From an uncultured Alphaproteobacteria bacterium (GTDB taxonomy: Bacteria; Pseudomonadota; Alphaproteobacteria; HIMB59; GCA-002718135), in NCBI GenBank assembly GCA_902530685.1, contig CACAAZ010000001.1, positions 31,090 through 95,089 of the forward strand: DNA of 64,000 bases, written 5' to 3'. Below, piece by piece: positions 30,141 through 40,613 of this stretch (its first letter is position 1; each line of letters begins with the position of its first letter). The notes below the pieces were generated by a model. That model was not told the DNA's origin, ran no database searches, and saw only the letters and a program-made list of their open reading frames with translations. The position numbers were made by a program, and so were the translations under genes.

Positions 30141-31034
30141 TTATCTTAATAATTTTTCATACCAATTTTTTAATTGATAAGTTAAATTTTTATTATTTAA
30201 TTTTAATTTTTTATTATTTATTGCATTAACTGGAACTACACCACCAAAACTACCAGTCACAAATGCTTCATCAGCTTGCATAACTTCTTTAAGTTTAAAA
30301 TCTTTTATTAAAACTTTAATTTTATTTCTTTTACAAATATCTATTATTTTTTGTCTTGTAATACCTGTCACTTGATATTTACCTTTTGAGGTATAAACAC
30401 ATTTATTTTTTATATAAAAAAAATGCGTGCTATTATTTGTTGCAACATTGCCATTAATATCAAACATGAGTGACTCATCTCCCCCTTTTTTATGACCTTC
30501 TATACAGGCTAAAATACAATTCAGTTTAGAAAGACTATTTATTTGAGGGTTTTGAGCATTTAAACTGCCTCTAATTGTTTTTACAGTAACTAATTTCAAT
30601 CCTTTGTTATAAATATTAATGTTTGGTTTTTTATATTCAGGTATAATTATTACTGAGGGATTTGAAACAACGACTTTTTCAGATTGATATGGGGTACTTC
30701 TTAAACCACGAGAAATAATAATTCTCATGTGTACATCATTTTGCATTTTATTAATTTTAATAGTTTTCTCTATTATACGGGTTATATCTTTCCTATTTAA
30801 GTGAAGTTTAATACTTATAAGCTTTAAATCTTTGTATAATCTATCTAAGTGGTCTTTAAGAAAAATAAATTTACCATTGTATATTCTTCCACTTGTCCAA
30901 ACTCCATCTCCTAACAATACTGATGAATCAAATACAGATATCTTGGCTTTATCCCTATGATAATATTTACCATTAATATAAATCTTAATTTCCTTATTTC
31001 TTTTATCTTCTTCAAAATCGTGACTGGAAACCAT
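30141..31034 (-). CDS. Class IV (branched-chain/D-amino-acid) aminotransferase
   Basis: Fold-type IV pattern (V.D....GDGV...R, E.....N.F, GITR). Abuts the upstream gene with a 0-nt gap. Confidence 0.75.
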   Translation of the reverse strand: MVSSHDFEEDKRNKEIKIYINGKYYHRDKAKISVFDSSVLLGDGVWTSGRIYNGKFIFLKDHLDRLYKDLKLISIKLHLNRKDITRIIEKTIKINKMQNDVHMRIIISRGLRSTPYQSEKVVVSNPSVIIIPEYKKPNINIYNKGLKLVTVKTIRGSLNAQNPQINSLSKLNCILACIEGHKKGGDESLMFDINGNVATNNSTHFFYIKNKCVYTSKGKYQVTGITRQKIIDICKRNKIKVLIKDFKLKEVMQADEAFVTGSFGGVVPVNAINNKKLKLNNKNLTYQLKNWYEKLLR

Positions 31035-31113
31035 TACAAATATTAATTTAATTATGATTATCGGTCTAGTAATAAATACTATATACGAAGTATGTCTTAC
31101 AGGTAATCAATAA

Positions 31114-32286
31114 ATGTTTAGTAAAAATTTAATAATAATATTTTTAAGCTCTACAATCGCATCATTTGCGCCTGTAATTACAGTATTATTGAGTGGTATT
31201 ATTGGAAGTCAGTTAATTGATGCCGGTTGGGCAAGTACATTACCAATGTCTTTAATGATTTGTGGTACTTTTATATTTGCACCTATAGCTTCTAAGGTTT
31301 TTAGTTTAATTGGAAGAAGAAAAGGTTTTATGACTGCCACAGTTATAAGTAGCTTTGCTGCTATGATTTGTGCATATTCAATTACAGTTGCTAGTTTTTA
31401 TATATTCTCAATAGGTTGCTTACTAATTGGAGCTGCACATTCTTTTGTTCATCAATATAGATTTGCAGTGCCAGAAACTGTTAAAAAGGAATTTGTACCT
31501 AGAGCTATGTCTTATATTTTGCTACTAGGTATTGTGTCAGCTTTATTAGCGTCTAATTTTGCAAATCTCTTTAAAGATTTAACTGATAGTCAATTCACAG
31601 GTTCATTTCTTTTTTTGTCAATAACAGCTTTAGTGCCAATATTATTTCTTTTTTTCTATGAAGATGAAAAAATGAACATAGAAAGAACTAAATTTGAATT
31701 TAGTAGAATTAATTTAATACTAAAAAATAAAAAAATTATTTTATCAATTATTACTGGTGGAGTAGGGTACTACGTCATGGCTAGTATAATGACAGCTTCA
31801 AGTTTATTTCTTCATGTATTTAAAGAATTTACAATATTTGAAACTTCAATAGTAATTCAGCTGCATATTATCGGGATGTTCCTTCCGAGTTTATTTACTG
31901 GGGATTTAATTAAAAGATTTGGACATAACAAAATTATAATTTCAGGTGTATTTTTATTATCTGCAAGTATTTTTACTAACATTTTTTTTCAAACTTATAT
32001 AGGATATGTAATTGGTTTAATATTGTTAGGCGTAGGTTGGAATTTTTTATTTTTGTGCTCAAGTGCTATATTAGTACTTTCTTATAAAATTGAAGATAAA
32101 TATGTTGCTCAAGGTTCAGCTGATTTTATTATTTTTGCTACTCAAGCAACTGGCAGTTTGAGTGCGGGAATACTTCTTTACACTACAAGTTGGCAGTTTC
32201 TAAATATTATGTGTATACCGCTTTTATTTGCTGTGCTTTATGTTGTTTATGTGACTAATAAAAAAGAAAATCTAAATGTAACTTAA
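31114..32286 (+). CDS. MFS transporter
   Basis: 390 aa, about 12 TM segments, G.IGRRKG loop between TM2 and TM3. Confidence 0.7.
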   Translation: MFSKNLIIIFLSSTIASFAPVITVLLSGIIGSQLIDAGWASTLPMSLMICGTFIFAPIASKVFSLIGRRKGFMTATVISSFAAMICAYSITVASFYIFSIGCLLIGAAHSFVHQYRFAVPETVKKEFVPRAMSYILLLGIVSALLASNFANLFKDLTDSQFTGSFLFLSITALVPILFLFFYEDEKMNIERTKFEFSRINLILKNKKIILSIITGGVGYYVMASIMTASSLFLHVFKEFTIFETSIVIQLHIIGMFLPSLFTGDLIKRFGHNKIIISGVFLLSASIFTNIFFQTYIGYVIGLILLGVGWNFLFLCSSAILVLSYKIEDKYVAQGSADFIIFATQATGSLSAGILLYTTSWQFLNIMCIPLLFAVLYVVYVTNKKENLNVT

Positions 32287-32316
32287 AAAATATTACTTTT
32301 AATTTATAAGTAAATT

Positions 32317-33183
32317 ATGAATAAAAAAATACTATTTATAGGAGCCAATGGATACATGGGGCATGGCATGTCTCATAATCTTTTAAAACATAACAAGCTT
32401 TATGTCCTTGCAAACAAACAAAGAAATAATATTGAAAATCTTATAAAAGATGGAGCAATAGAAATTAAATCTTATGAAGAAATAACTAATCTTAATTTGG
32501 ATTGTTTAATGTTATGTGTAACAAATACTCCAATAGCTTTAAATATTGCTAAGCAAGTAGGTCCATTATTAGATAGCTCTACTCTTGTCATAGATTTAAC
32601 AACTCATAATAAAAATGGTACTAAAGAAATGAAAGATATATTTGATAAATTTAAAATTTCTTTTGTTGTGTCTCCAGTAATGGGCTCAAAAAATGAAAGT
32701 TTAAAAGGAATATTAGGATCGATATGGGGTGGCAATCAAAATAAATTTGAAGAATCAAAAATATATTTAGATGCTTTTTGTAAAAATGTTTTTAATTTTG
32801 GCTCTGTTGAAAAGGCTTGCGCTGCTAAACTATTATCAAATTTTTTATCACTATTAACAACTACAACTGTCATTGAATATTTTAAATCAGCTGAAAAACT
32901 TGATGTTGATTGGAGAAAATTATTTGAAGTTGCTAAACTTGGATCAGGTAATTCTGGTGCTTTAGGTAGAATAGCGGAAAAAGCTATTTCAGGTGATTAT
33001 AAAGGTTATACATTTTCCGTATCAAATACATTAAAAGATTTAACATATATAAACGATCTTTTAAAAGATTTTCCAAATGCAGAAAAGTTTTCATCTATAG
33101 CTAAAACATTTTACGAAGAATCCGTTGAAAGTGGTCATGGGGATTTATTGATTAGTGAATTAATTGATAAAGAAAAATATTAA
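32317..33183 (+). CDS. NAD(P)-binding 3-hydroxyisobutyrate/6-phosphogluconate dehydrogenase-family oxidoreductase
   Basis: Rossmann N-terminus ILFIGANGYMGHGM. AAKLLSN-type helix of the HIBADH family. Confidence 0.7.
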   Translation: MNKKILFIGANGYMGHGMSHNLLKHNKLYVLANKQRNNIENLIKDGAIEIKSYEEITNLNLDCLMLCVTNTPIALNIAKQVGPLLDSSTLVIDLTTHNKNGTKEMKDIFDKFKISFVVSPVMGSKNESLKGILGSIWGGNQNKFEESKIYLDAFCKNVFNFGSVEKACAAKLLSNFLSLLTTTTVIEYFKSAEKLDVDWRKLFEVAKLGSGNSGALGRIAEKAISGDYKGYTFSVSNTLKDLTYINDLLKDFPNAEKFSSIAKTFYEESVESGHGDLLISELIDKEKY

Positions 33184-33359
33184 TGGATAAACTAATACCA
33201 ATTATTTACATGGCAGGTGTTTTTTTGTTAATCTTCCCTGCTTTTATGAATTCAAATAATAATTTCAAAATACTCTTTACCAACTTATCTATTTGGGTAG
33301 CAATTATTTTAGTAGCATTTTCTTTATATTACTTTTACAATCTATATTTAGATTTTTGA
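33183..33359 (+). CDS. Unannotated 58-aa two-TM membrane peptide (below the ORF-track cutoff)
   Basis: The ATG shares its A with the TAA stop of the upstream gene (TAATG). Translates to MDKLIPIIYMAGVFLLIFPAF...WVAIILVAFSLYYFYNLYLDF. Confidence 0.3.
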   Translation: MDKLIPIIYMAGVFLLIFPAFMNSNNNFKILFTNLSIWVAIILVAFSLYYFYNLYLDF

Positions 33360-33440
33360 TAGATTTAATTTAAATATTTTAATATAACCAATATGATGAT
33401 TTGACATGATATGTTCTAATATTTATAGCGCATATTTTAA

Positions 33441-34562
33441 ATGAACGCTCCCACTGTAGCTAAATCAAGAAGATTAAGAAGTACCATATATTCATCTCGT
33501 ATTGAGAAACAGGGTTTGAAATCTTATACTGTTTACAATCATATGCTTTTACCAGCAGGTTTTTCAGATTCATTAGAGGATTCTTATTATCATCTTAAAG
33601 AGCATGTTCAGATTTGGGATGTTGCCGCTGAACGCCAGATACAAATTAAAGGCGAGGACGCAAGTGAATTAATTCAATTAATGACACCTAGAAATCTCTC
33701 TAAATCAATTGAAGGTAAATGTTATTATTGTCCAATAGTCGACGATAATGGATTCCTAATCAATGACCCAGTTATATTAAAATTTAATGACAATAAATGG
33801 TGGGTATCAATTGCTGATTCAGATTTGTTATTATTTGCAAAAGGTTTAGCTATTGGTAAGAATTTTCATGTAAATATTTCTGAACCTAATGTTAATATTA
33901 TGGCTGTTCAGGGGCCTAAATCTTTTTCATTAATGAGCAAGGTCTTTGGAAAAGAAATTCTAGATCTGAAATTTTATAATTTTAAATATTATAATTTTAA
34001 TGGATCTTCCTATTTAGTTGCAAGATCAGGCTGGTCAAAACAAGGTGGTTTTGAAATATATGTTGAAGATGATGATGCTGGTTTAAAACTATATGATGAA
34101 TTTTTTAAAATAGGAGATGAATTTAATGTAAAACCTGGTTGTCCTCATCTTATTGAACGAATTGAAAGTGGTTTACTATCCTATGGAAATGATATTGATC
34201 TAAATGATAATCCATTTGAATGTGGATTTGATAAATTTGTAGATCTCGATAATGACTTTAACTTTCTTGGTAAAGAAAAACTTAAAAAGATTAAAGAAAA
34301 TGGAATATCAAAAAAATTAATGGGAGCAATTATAGATATTAAAGAAATTCAAATGACCGGATCTCTTAGTTTATTTTTTGACAATAAAGTTATTGGAGAA
34401 TTAAGATCAGCAGTCTATTCACCAACATTCGATAAGGTAATTGGAATAGCCATGATAGACAAACCATATTTTAATATTGATCAAGAGTTTGAAATAAATC
34501 TAATAGATAAAAGTAATAAAAATATTCATAAAGGGAAAATTTGCGAATTACCTTTTCTTTAA
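33441..34562 (+). CDS. dmdA: GcvT-family aminomethyltransferase, DMSP demethylase (DmdA)-like
   Basis: N-terminus [33 protein letters not shown] and the W.VSIADSD / [12 protein letters not shown] regions match my recollection of DmdA rather than GcvT. A separate bona fide gcvT is present at 12713. Confidence 0.65.
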   Translation: MNAPTVAKSRRLRSTIYSSRIEKQGLKSYTVYNHMLLPAGFSDSLEDSYYHLKEHVQIWDVAAERQIQIKGEDASELIQLMTPRNLSKSIEGKCYYCPIVDDNGFLINDPVILKFNDNKWWVSIADSDLLLFAKGLAIGKNFHVNISEPNVNIMAVQGPKSFSLMSKVFGKEILDLKFYNFKYYNFNGSSYLVARSGWSKQGGFEIYVEDDDAGLKLYDEFFKIGDEFNVKPGCPHLIERIESGLLSYGNDIDLNDNPFECGFDKFVDLDNDFNFLGKEKLKKIKENGISKKLMGAIIDIKEIQMTGSLSLFFDNKVIGELRSAVYSPTFDKVIGIAMIDKPYFNIDQEFEINLIDKSNKNIHKGKICELPFL

Positions 34563-34571
34563 TAGTTTTCC

Positions 34572-35459
34572 ATGAGTAAAAATATTCAAGCAATACTTCT
34601 TGCCTTAATAGCATCATTTTGTGCAGTCTTAATGTCAGTTTTTCTCAAATTGGGCCAACAAGATGCAAATGTATTCTCTGTAGGTTTTATGAGATTCTTC
34701 TTTGGATTATTAATTATTTTGCCATTTATAATAAAATCAAGATTTAAAATTTATAATACTGCTAATTTAAAACTTCATATTTCACGAAGTATAATAAATG
34801 TTCCTATGATGATTTTAGGATTTGCTGCATTGATGTATATTCCTTTAGAGCAAATAAAAGCAATTGGTTTTTTAAGTCCAATCTTAGTCGTAATTTTGAG
34901 TGTAATTTTTTTAAAAGAAAGAATTTATTTAATTCGAACTTTTTCGTTGATATTAGGTTTTATTGGAACGTTAATTATTTTACGACCAGGTATAATTGAA
35001 ATTAATATTGGTGTTTATATGGTACTTCTTTCCGGACTGTTATGGTCAACTGTTATTATTATTACAAAATTTATGTCAAAAACTGACTCTGCCATGACAA
35101 TACTTACATATCAATATACATTTGTATCATTATTTACTTTACCATTAGCTATTATCTATTGGTCTAATCCAACTTTTACATCAATTTTTTATAGTTTTTT
35201 GGCAGCAGTTGTTGGTACTGTTTTACATCTTTGTATTAATAACTCTTATAAATTAGCAGATTTATCAATTATTCAACCCGTTTGGTTTACCCAATTAATA
35301 TTCGCTTCTTTGCTCGGTTTTATAATATTCGGTTCATTACCAGATTTATTTACATGGATTGGTGCTATTTTAGTTTTTTCATCCGTTCTTATTATTACTT
35401 ACAGGGAAAATTACTTAAAAAAAGATATAGCAAAAAATTCTATGCCACTCAAAAATTAA
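34572..35459 (+). CDS. EamA/DMT-family transporter
   Basis: 10 TM segments, two EamA-like halves. Confidence 0.8.
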   Translation: MSKNIQAILLALIASFCAVLMSVFLKLGQQDANVFSVGFMRFFFGLLIILPFIIKSRFKIYNTANLKLHISRSIINVPMMILGFAALMYIPLEQIKAIGFLSPILVVILSVIFLKERIYLIRTFSLILGFIGTLIILRPGIIEINIGVYMVLLSGLLWSTVIIITKFMSKTDSAMTILTYQYTFVSLFTLPLAIIYWSNPTFTSIFYSFLAAVVGTVLHLCINNSYKLADLSIIQPVWFTQLIFASLLGFIIFGSLPDLFTWIGAILVFSSVLIITYRENYLKKDIAKNSMPLKN

Positions 35460-35511
35460 ATTTTATTAAATTTACCTTTAAAAAAGAATATAAATTAAAT
35501 AAAATAATTTT

Positions 35512-36444
35512 ATGAATACTAAGCTATCCAATCAATTTAAATATTCTGGTATTTGGCCAGTTGCTCCAACACCATTTCACGATGATGGCCAAGTTGATTA
35601 TGAAGGAATGAAGAGAGTAATTGATTGTATAGTTGATCAAAAAGTTGATGGTGTTTGTATACTAGCAAATTTTTCAGAACAATTTTTACTTTCTGATGAA
35701 GAGAGATTTAAATTAACTAATTTATGTTTAGAGCATATTAATGGAAGGATTAAATCTATAGTTACTATTTCTCATTTTGCTACTGATATTGTTTATGAAA
35801 GAGCTAGATTAGCTAAATCATTAGGGGCAAATATAGTCATGATGATGCCACCATATCATGGTGCTTTATTAAAAGGTAATCAAGATCAAATTTATAAACA
35901 GTTTTCTAAAGTAAGCGAAATAGATATACCTATTATGATACAAGATGCTCCTCTATCGGGCATAGAGTTACCTGTTCCTTTTCTTACAAAAATGATTAAT
36001 GAGATTGAGAATCTTACTTGTTTTAAAATTGAAAGTGCTCAAGCAGCTTCTAAAATAAGACAATTAATATTAAATTGTAAGAACAATTTAGACGCGCCAT
36101 TTGATGGTGAAGAATCAATTACATTATTGGCTGATTTATATGCAGGCATTACTGGCTCAATGAGTTCTGCCTTATTACCAGATAAAATTAGACCAGTAAT
36201 TATTGATTTTCTAAATGATAAAAAAAAAGAAGCAGGAGAAAAATACAATAATATTTTACCATTAATAAATTTTGAAAATAGACAATGCGGTTTTCAAGCA
36301 ACAAAAATAATTATGAAAGAGGGGGGTGTAATTAATTCAGCATATTGCAGACATCCAATAAAAATTTTAGATGATCATACCAAAAATTTACTTATATCTA
36401 TCGCTAAAGACTATGATTTAATTTCAATGAAATGGGGAAAATAA
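35512..36444 (+). CDS. Dihydrodipicolinate synthase/N-acetylneuraminate lyase family aldolase
   Basis: TIM-barrel DapA-family pattern (P.TPF..DG.VDYEG....ID......VDG......SE...LS.EE). Confidence 0.7.
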   Translation: MNTKLSNQFKYSGIWPVAPTPFHDDGQVDYEGMKRVIDCIVDQKVDGVCILANFSEQFLLSDEERFKLTNLCLEHINGRIKSIVTISHFATDIVYERARLAKSLGANIVMMMPPYHGALLKGNQDQIYKQFSKVSEIDIPIMIQDAPLSGIELPVPFLTKMINEIENLTCFKIESAQAASKIRQLILNCKNNLDAPFDGEESITLLADLYAGITGSMSSALLPDKIRPVIIDFLNDKKKEAGEKYNNILPLINFENRQCGFQATKIIMKEGGVINSAYCRHPIKILDDHTKNLLISIAKDYDLISMKWGK

Positions 36445-36487
36445 TTTAATTAATTGACAAATATTATTTAAAAAATATTCAGGTAAA

Positions 36488-37006
36488 ATGTTAAAAAAAT
36501 TAGAAGGTCTTTTAGAAAATTTTATTTTCAATTCTAGGTGGTTACTAACACCAATCTATATTGTACTCGTCTTAACTTTAATAATTATTGGCGTTAAAAC
36601 AGTTCAAGAATTTTTATATGAAATTACTCATATTTTTGAAATGACTGTTAATGACCTTTTAATATTCGTATTACATATTGTTGATTTGGCATTAGTTGCT
36701 AATCTGGTGTTAATATTAATTATGAGTTCTTACAGCTCTTTTGTTTCAAGAATTGAAGTTGCTGAAGATTCAGTTGATACTCCAAAATTTTTAGGCAAAG
36801 TTGGATTTAAAGATCTTAAACTAAAAGTTATTGCATCAATAATTGCAATTAGCTCAATAGGTTTACTAGAAGCTTTTGTTGATACATCTAAAAAAACAGC
36901 TGATGAAATTTATCTAATGATCTATATCCATGCTATTTTTATTATTTCTGGTTTGTTACTTGCTTTAATGGATTACTTTAGTAGTAGATCAGATCTAGAC
37001 GAATAA
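36488..37006 (+). CDS. UPF0114 (YqhA) family membrane protein
   Basis: FNSRWLLTPIY and VIASIIAISSIGLLEAF mirror E. coli YqhA as I recall it. Confidence 0.75.
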   Translation: MLKKLEGLLENFIFNSRWLLTPIYIVLVLTLIIIGVKTVQEFLYEITHIFEMTVNDLLIFVLHIVDLALVANLVLILIMSSYSSFVSRIEVAEDSVDTPKFLGKVGFKDLKLKVIASIIAISSIGLLEAFVDTSKKTADEIYLMIYIHAIFIISGLLLALMDYFSSRSDLDE

Positions 37007-37104
37007 TTTCAAATAGTATCTTGCAGATAATTCAATTTTACATGTGTCATCATGTTACCAAGAATCTATAATTTATTGTATATAAATAAAAAGAGGAGGC
37101 TTAT

Positions 37105-37518
37105 ATGGTCGAAAATTTTGGTGGAAGTATTATTTACCTAATACTTTTTATTATTCAACTATTAGGTTTAACATTTTACTGTTATTTAACTATTTTGAAT
37201 CCAAAAAAGATTATTAATGATTATCAAGTTGGTGAAGGAGCAATTGCTCCAATAAGACTGATAGGATCTTTTATACTGCCATTAGTATTGGTAGGGATTT
37301 ATTTGATGTTCACTTCAATTGAAAATATGTGGGTATATTTTGTTCTAGGTCTTATGACTACAGTTTATCAGCTACTTTACGATCTTGGAAATAGAATGGG
37401 TATAATAGATAAAAACTATACTATTGTTAATAAAACAGAAGATACAATTATTTCTATTGTTTTTGTTATTATTAATATTGTTCTAATAATAGGACTACAA
37501 GATAGAATAGGTTTATAA
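37105..37518 (+). CDS. Hypothetical 4-TM membrane protein
   Basis: ORF with strong SD AGAGGAGG upstream. Hydrophobic segments only. Confidence 0.4.
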   Translation: MVENFGGSIIYLILFIIQLLGLTFYCYLTILNPKKIINDYQVGEGAIAPIRLIGSFILPLVLVGIYLMFTSIENMWVYFVLGLMTTVYQLLYDLGNRMGIIDKNYTIVNKTEDTIISIVFVIINIVLIIGLQDRIGL

Positions 37519-37549
37519 AAAATTAGATTGCTGGATTAATTCCAGCAAT

Positions 37550-38089
37550 CTATCCTAAGCTAAATTCTTTAATTTTATTAAATGGAAAATGATCGGCAAT
37601 ATCCTTCTTTGCATAATATACTTCTTCTACTATGCCTTCTTCGTTGATTAAAACATCTGTTACAGCAATATCAAAATATCCTTTTATTCTCGTTGGAATA
37701 TAACCTCTAATTAAAGCAGGAAATACTTTATGAGCTTTAAATAGAAATGTAGCAAACATTTTAGAATAAGATCTTTCTACCTCATATTTTTGAAAATATT
37801 TAAAATCATTATCAGCCAAAACAGTAAAGGGTAGAGGACCATGTTTACTCATAAAATGTTTTAGATTATCAACTGGTGAATGGAATATGCCTACATGAGT
37901 AAAATTCTTACCAAACTCTCCGAAACGTCTATTGAATTCGTGTAACCTTAAATTACAAAAACTGCATCCAGCTATTCTATAAAAAGTCAGCAAAACCTTT
38001 TTACCTTTAGTTTCAGATAAATTAAATATTGAACCATCTGGTTTAGGAAGAGTAATTTCCTCTATTTTATCACCTTGTTTTATTTTCAT
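37550..38089 (-). CDS. AhpC/TSA (redoxin)-like thioredoxin-fold protein
   Basis: GKKVLLTFYRIAGCSFCN is a thioredoxin-fold C..C context. Confidence 0.6.
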   Translation of the reverse strand: MKIKQGDKIEEITLPKPDGSIFNLSETKGKKVLLTFYRIAGCSFCNLRLHEFNRRFGEFGKNFTHVGIFHSPVDNLKHFMSKHGPLPFTVLADNDFKYFQKYEVERSYSKMFATFLFKAHKVFPALIRGYIPTRIKGYFDIAVTDVLINEEGIVEEVYYAKKDIADHFPFNKIKEFSLG

Positions 38090-38136
38090 AATAAAATATT
38101 AATACTATATTATAAAATAATTAATATTTAATTTTA

Positions 38137-38562
38137 ATGACAATTATAATAACATTTAAATTTGTACACTACCTTGCAATAGTTTTTTCTGGTGGAGTTT
38201 TAGTTGGTGGTGGTGTTATTCAATCTGTTTATGCTAAAGCAAATCAAATTCCTGATTTAACTACAGCGAAGGTATTGAAGTTACTTGGCTATATTGGTCT
38301 AATATCCTTAATTGTTTTATGGATATCTGGAATTATACTATCAATTAATCTCTATGGCGGCTTTATTATTAATAGTGCATTTACAATCAAAATAATTGCA
38401 GCAGGTTTTCTTTTAGGACTATCTACTTTTGTAAATTTTCACGTTTTTAATTCTTCTAAAAATAATTTACCTCCAAATAAAACTATCATGAAAATAGCTA
38501 CAATGAGTGGAAGAGGGCTGTTAGTAATAGTTTTAATTGCAGCAGCAATTGCATTTTATTAA
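38137..38562 (+). CDS. Hypothetical 4-TM membrane protein
   Basis: ORF with hydrophobic segments. Last core-like gene before the integrase. Confidence 0.4.
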   Translation: MTIIITFKFVHYLAIVFSGGVLVGGGVIQSVYAKANQIPDLTTAKVLKLLGYIGLISLIVLWISGIILSINLYGGFIINSAFTIKIIAAGFLLGLSTFVNFHVFNSSKNNLPPNKTIMKIATMSGRGLLVIVLIAAAIAFY

Positions 38563-38572
38563 ATTCAAATAA

Positions 38573-39652
38573 TTAAATTTTCTTTCCAACACTTATTGAT
38601 TTGATGTCAGTAATTTTAGTGTATCTATTGATCATCTGTTCTGTCTTGTGCCCACTCATTTTCATAATTTCGTGAGTTAATGCACCATTCATTCTTGCTT
38701 GTGTAATTGCACCTATTCTCAGACTGTGTCCTGATATTTTATCACAATCATTCAGTCCGGCTAGACGGGCTCTTTTTTTTAAAATTAAAACAAAACTTGT
38801 ATCTGTTAAACTAATTTTTTTATTATTGTCATTTAATTCATATTTTATAATAGAATTTGCTTTGTCAATTCTGTAAAATAGGGGGCCAGAGTTTATCATA
38901 GATACCTCTAACCATTTGTTAAGAGCTCTAATTGGACAATATAATTCACTATCATCTCTTTTTTGCAAATATATTATTCTACCTTCACCTTTTTGGTCAG
39001 TTTTTGAAAATGGTATTAAAATTTGAATTCCACCATTATCATAAGTTAAATGTTCATATCTCATTCCCAGTAATTCTGATCTTCTACAAAAACTAAAATA
39101 CCCAACTAATATAAGAGCTTTATCTCTAATATTTTTATAATCATCAGTATCATCTGGAATTGAATTGATAATTTGCTCAATATCTTTTCTTAATAACTCT
39201 TTAGCTTGACCCGATTTATTATTTTTTTCGTTTCTAACTATTGCTCCAATAGTTTCTGAAATATTATTGTTTTTTCTGTCAAATTGAAAACCGTTTATCC
39301 TATATTTATATGTTATTGATGCTAAAATTCTTTGAATTGTAGATGCTTTATAAGCAGATGACGAGTAGGGGTTATTATTAATTTTTTCTCTACCTGGAAT
39401 GTTGCTTGTTCCCTTCAATATTTTCGCTTCTGGATCTTCATGGAGCCAATCTAAGTAATTACAAGTTAATGCATAAGCGCTTTCTAAATCATCAACCTCT
39501 AAAGGACTACAATTATGCTTATTTTTACAATAATCGATAAATTTAAGCCAATCTCCCTGATATTTATCTTGAGTGTTTTTGGCTTTAGATTTTTCTTTTA
39601 ATTTCTTTACATTTTCATTTAATAATATCTTTACCATGATAAAATAATACAT
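38573..39652 (-). CDS. Tyrosine recombinase / phage-type integrase
   Basis: C-terminal catalytic region FCRRSEL...GHSLRIGAITQ...MSGHKTEQMINRYTK (R, H.LR, H, Y). The true start may be the ATG at 39637 (MVKILL). Confidence 0.85.
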   Translation of the reverse strand: MYYFIMVKILLNENVKKLKEKSKAKNTQDKYQGDWLKFIDYCKNKHNCSPLEVDDLESAYALTCNYLDWLHEDPEAKILKGTSNIPGREKINNNPYSSSAYKASTIQRILASITYKYRINGFQFDRKNNNISETIGAIVRNEKNNKSGQAKELLRKDIEQIINSIPDDTDDYKNIRDKALILVGYFSFCRRSELLGMRYEHLTYDNGGIQILIPFSKTDQKGEGRIIYLQKRDDSELYCPIRALNKWLEVSMINSGPLFYRIDKANSIIKYELNDNNKKISLTDTSFVLILKKRARLAGLNDCDKISGHSLRIGAITQARMNGALTHEIMKMSGHKTEQMINRYTKITDIKSISVGKKI

Positions 39653-39804
39653 TACGATAATTACAGTTATCGTAAATAATAGTCAAGTGATAAATAATAT
39701 AACTATAAATCAGTAATTTATATATATTATCTAATTTAATTTCTAATATTACAAACTAGATATAGATTTTCACGTGTAATAAAATACTGTATATAGTGTA
39801 TCAA

Positions 39805-40530
39805 ATGGAACAATTACCGCAGATTTCAGCTGATTCCCAGATCTTTGTATTAACGGGTGCTGGTATAAGTAAAGAATCTGGGATTGAGACATTCAGAGAC
39901 TCTGATGGACTGTGGAATAATCATAGGATTGAGGATGTTGCCAGTCCTGAAGGATTCTATAGAAACCCTACTCTTGTATACGATTTTTATAATAAACGCC
40001 GAAAAGAACTAAACTCAGGAATTAAGCCAAATAGGGCCCATATTTTACTACATGAATTAGAAAAAACATATAAAATTCATATAGTTACACAAAATATCGA
40101 TAATTTACATGAGATTGGAGGTTCATCATCAATTATTCACATGCATGGTGAGTTAAATAAAGCTAGATGTATCATGAATGAAAACCATGTTTTTCAATGG
40201 CTAGAGGACCTCAATGAGACCCATAAATGCCCTAAATGTAATTCTCAATTAAGACCTCATATTGTTTGGTTTGGAGAAATGCCAATGCAAATGGAAGAAA
40301 TCCATGATTTAGCTGAGCAATCTAGTTTGTTTGTCTCTATTGGGACTTCTGGAGAGGTCTACCCTGCCGCTGGGTTTGTTTCTATGTTCAAAGATATGCA
40401 AAAACCAACTGTAGAACTAAATCTAGAACCATCACGCAATCAAGATCAATTTGATTTTGCTATTCATAAGCCTGCAACAGTTGCTGTTGAAGAATTTAAA
40501 AACTTACTTTTAAACAATTTAAAAAACTAA
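39805..40530 (+). CDS. cobB: NAD-dependent protein deacylase, Sir2/CobB family
   Basis: TGAGISKESGI.TFR, TQNIDNLHE, CPKC...LRPHIVWFGE, GTSG.VYPAA. ATG at 39805 preferred over the ORF-track GTG at 39796. Confidence 0.85.
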   Translation: MEQLPQISADSQIFVLTGAGISKESGIETFRDSDGLWNNHRIEDVASPEGFYRNPTLVYDFYNKRRKELNSGIKPNRAHILLHELEKTYKIHIVTQNIDNLHEIGGSSSIIHMHGELNKARCIMNENHVFQWLEDLNETHKCPKCNSQLRPHIVWFGEMPMQMEEIHDLAEQSSLFVSIGTSGEVYPAAGFVSMFKDMQKPTVELNLEPSRNQDQFDFAIHKPATVAVEEFKNLLLNNLKN

Positions 40531-40613
40531 TTTATTCACGTTATTAAATTTTTTTTAACAAAAAAATTTTTCTATAACTTTCTTTATAAAGAATCATTCG
40601 CATTAATGTTTTT

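Noticed and set aside
35282-35515. A 77-aa ORF overlapping the 3' end of the EamA transporter gene in another frame.
   Set aside because: It is the out-of-frame shadow of a well-supported 10-TM transporter gene. The peptide is compositionally odd (RF/Y-rich) and there is no SD.
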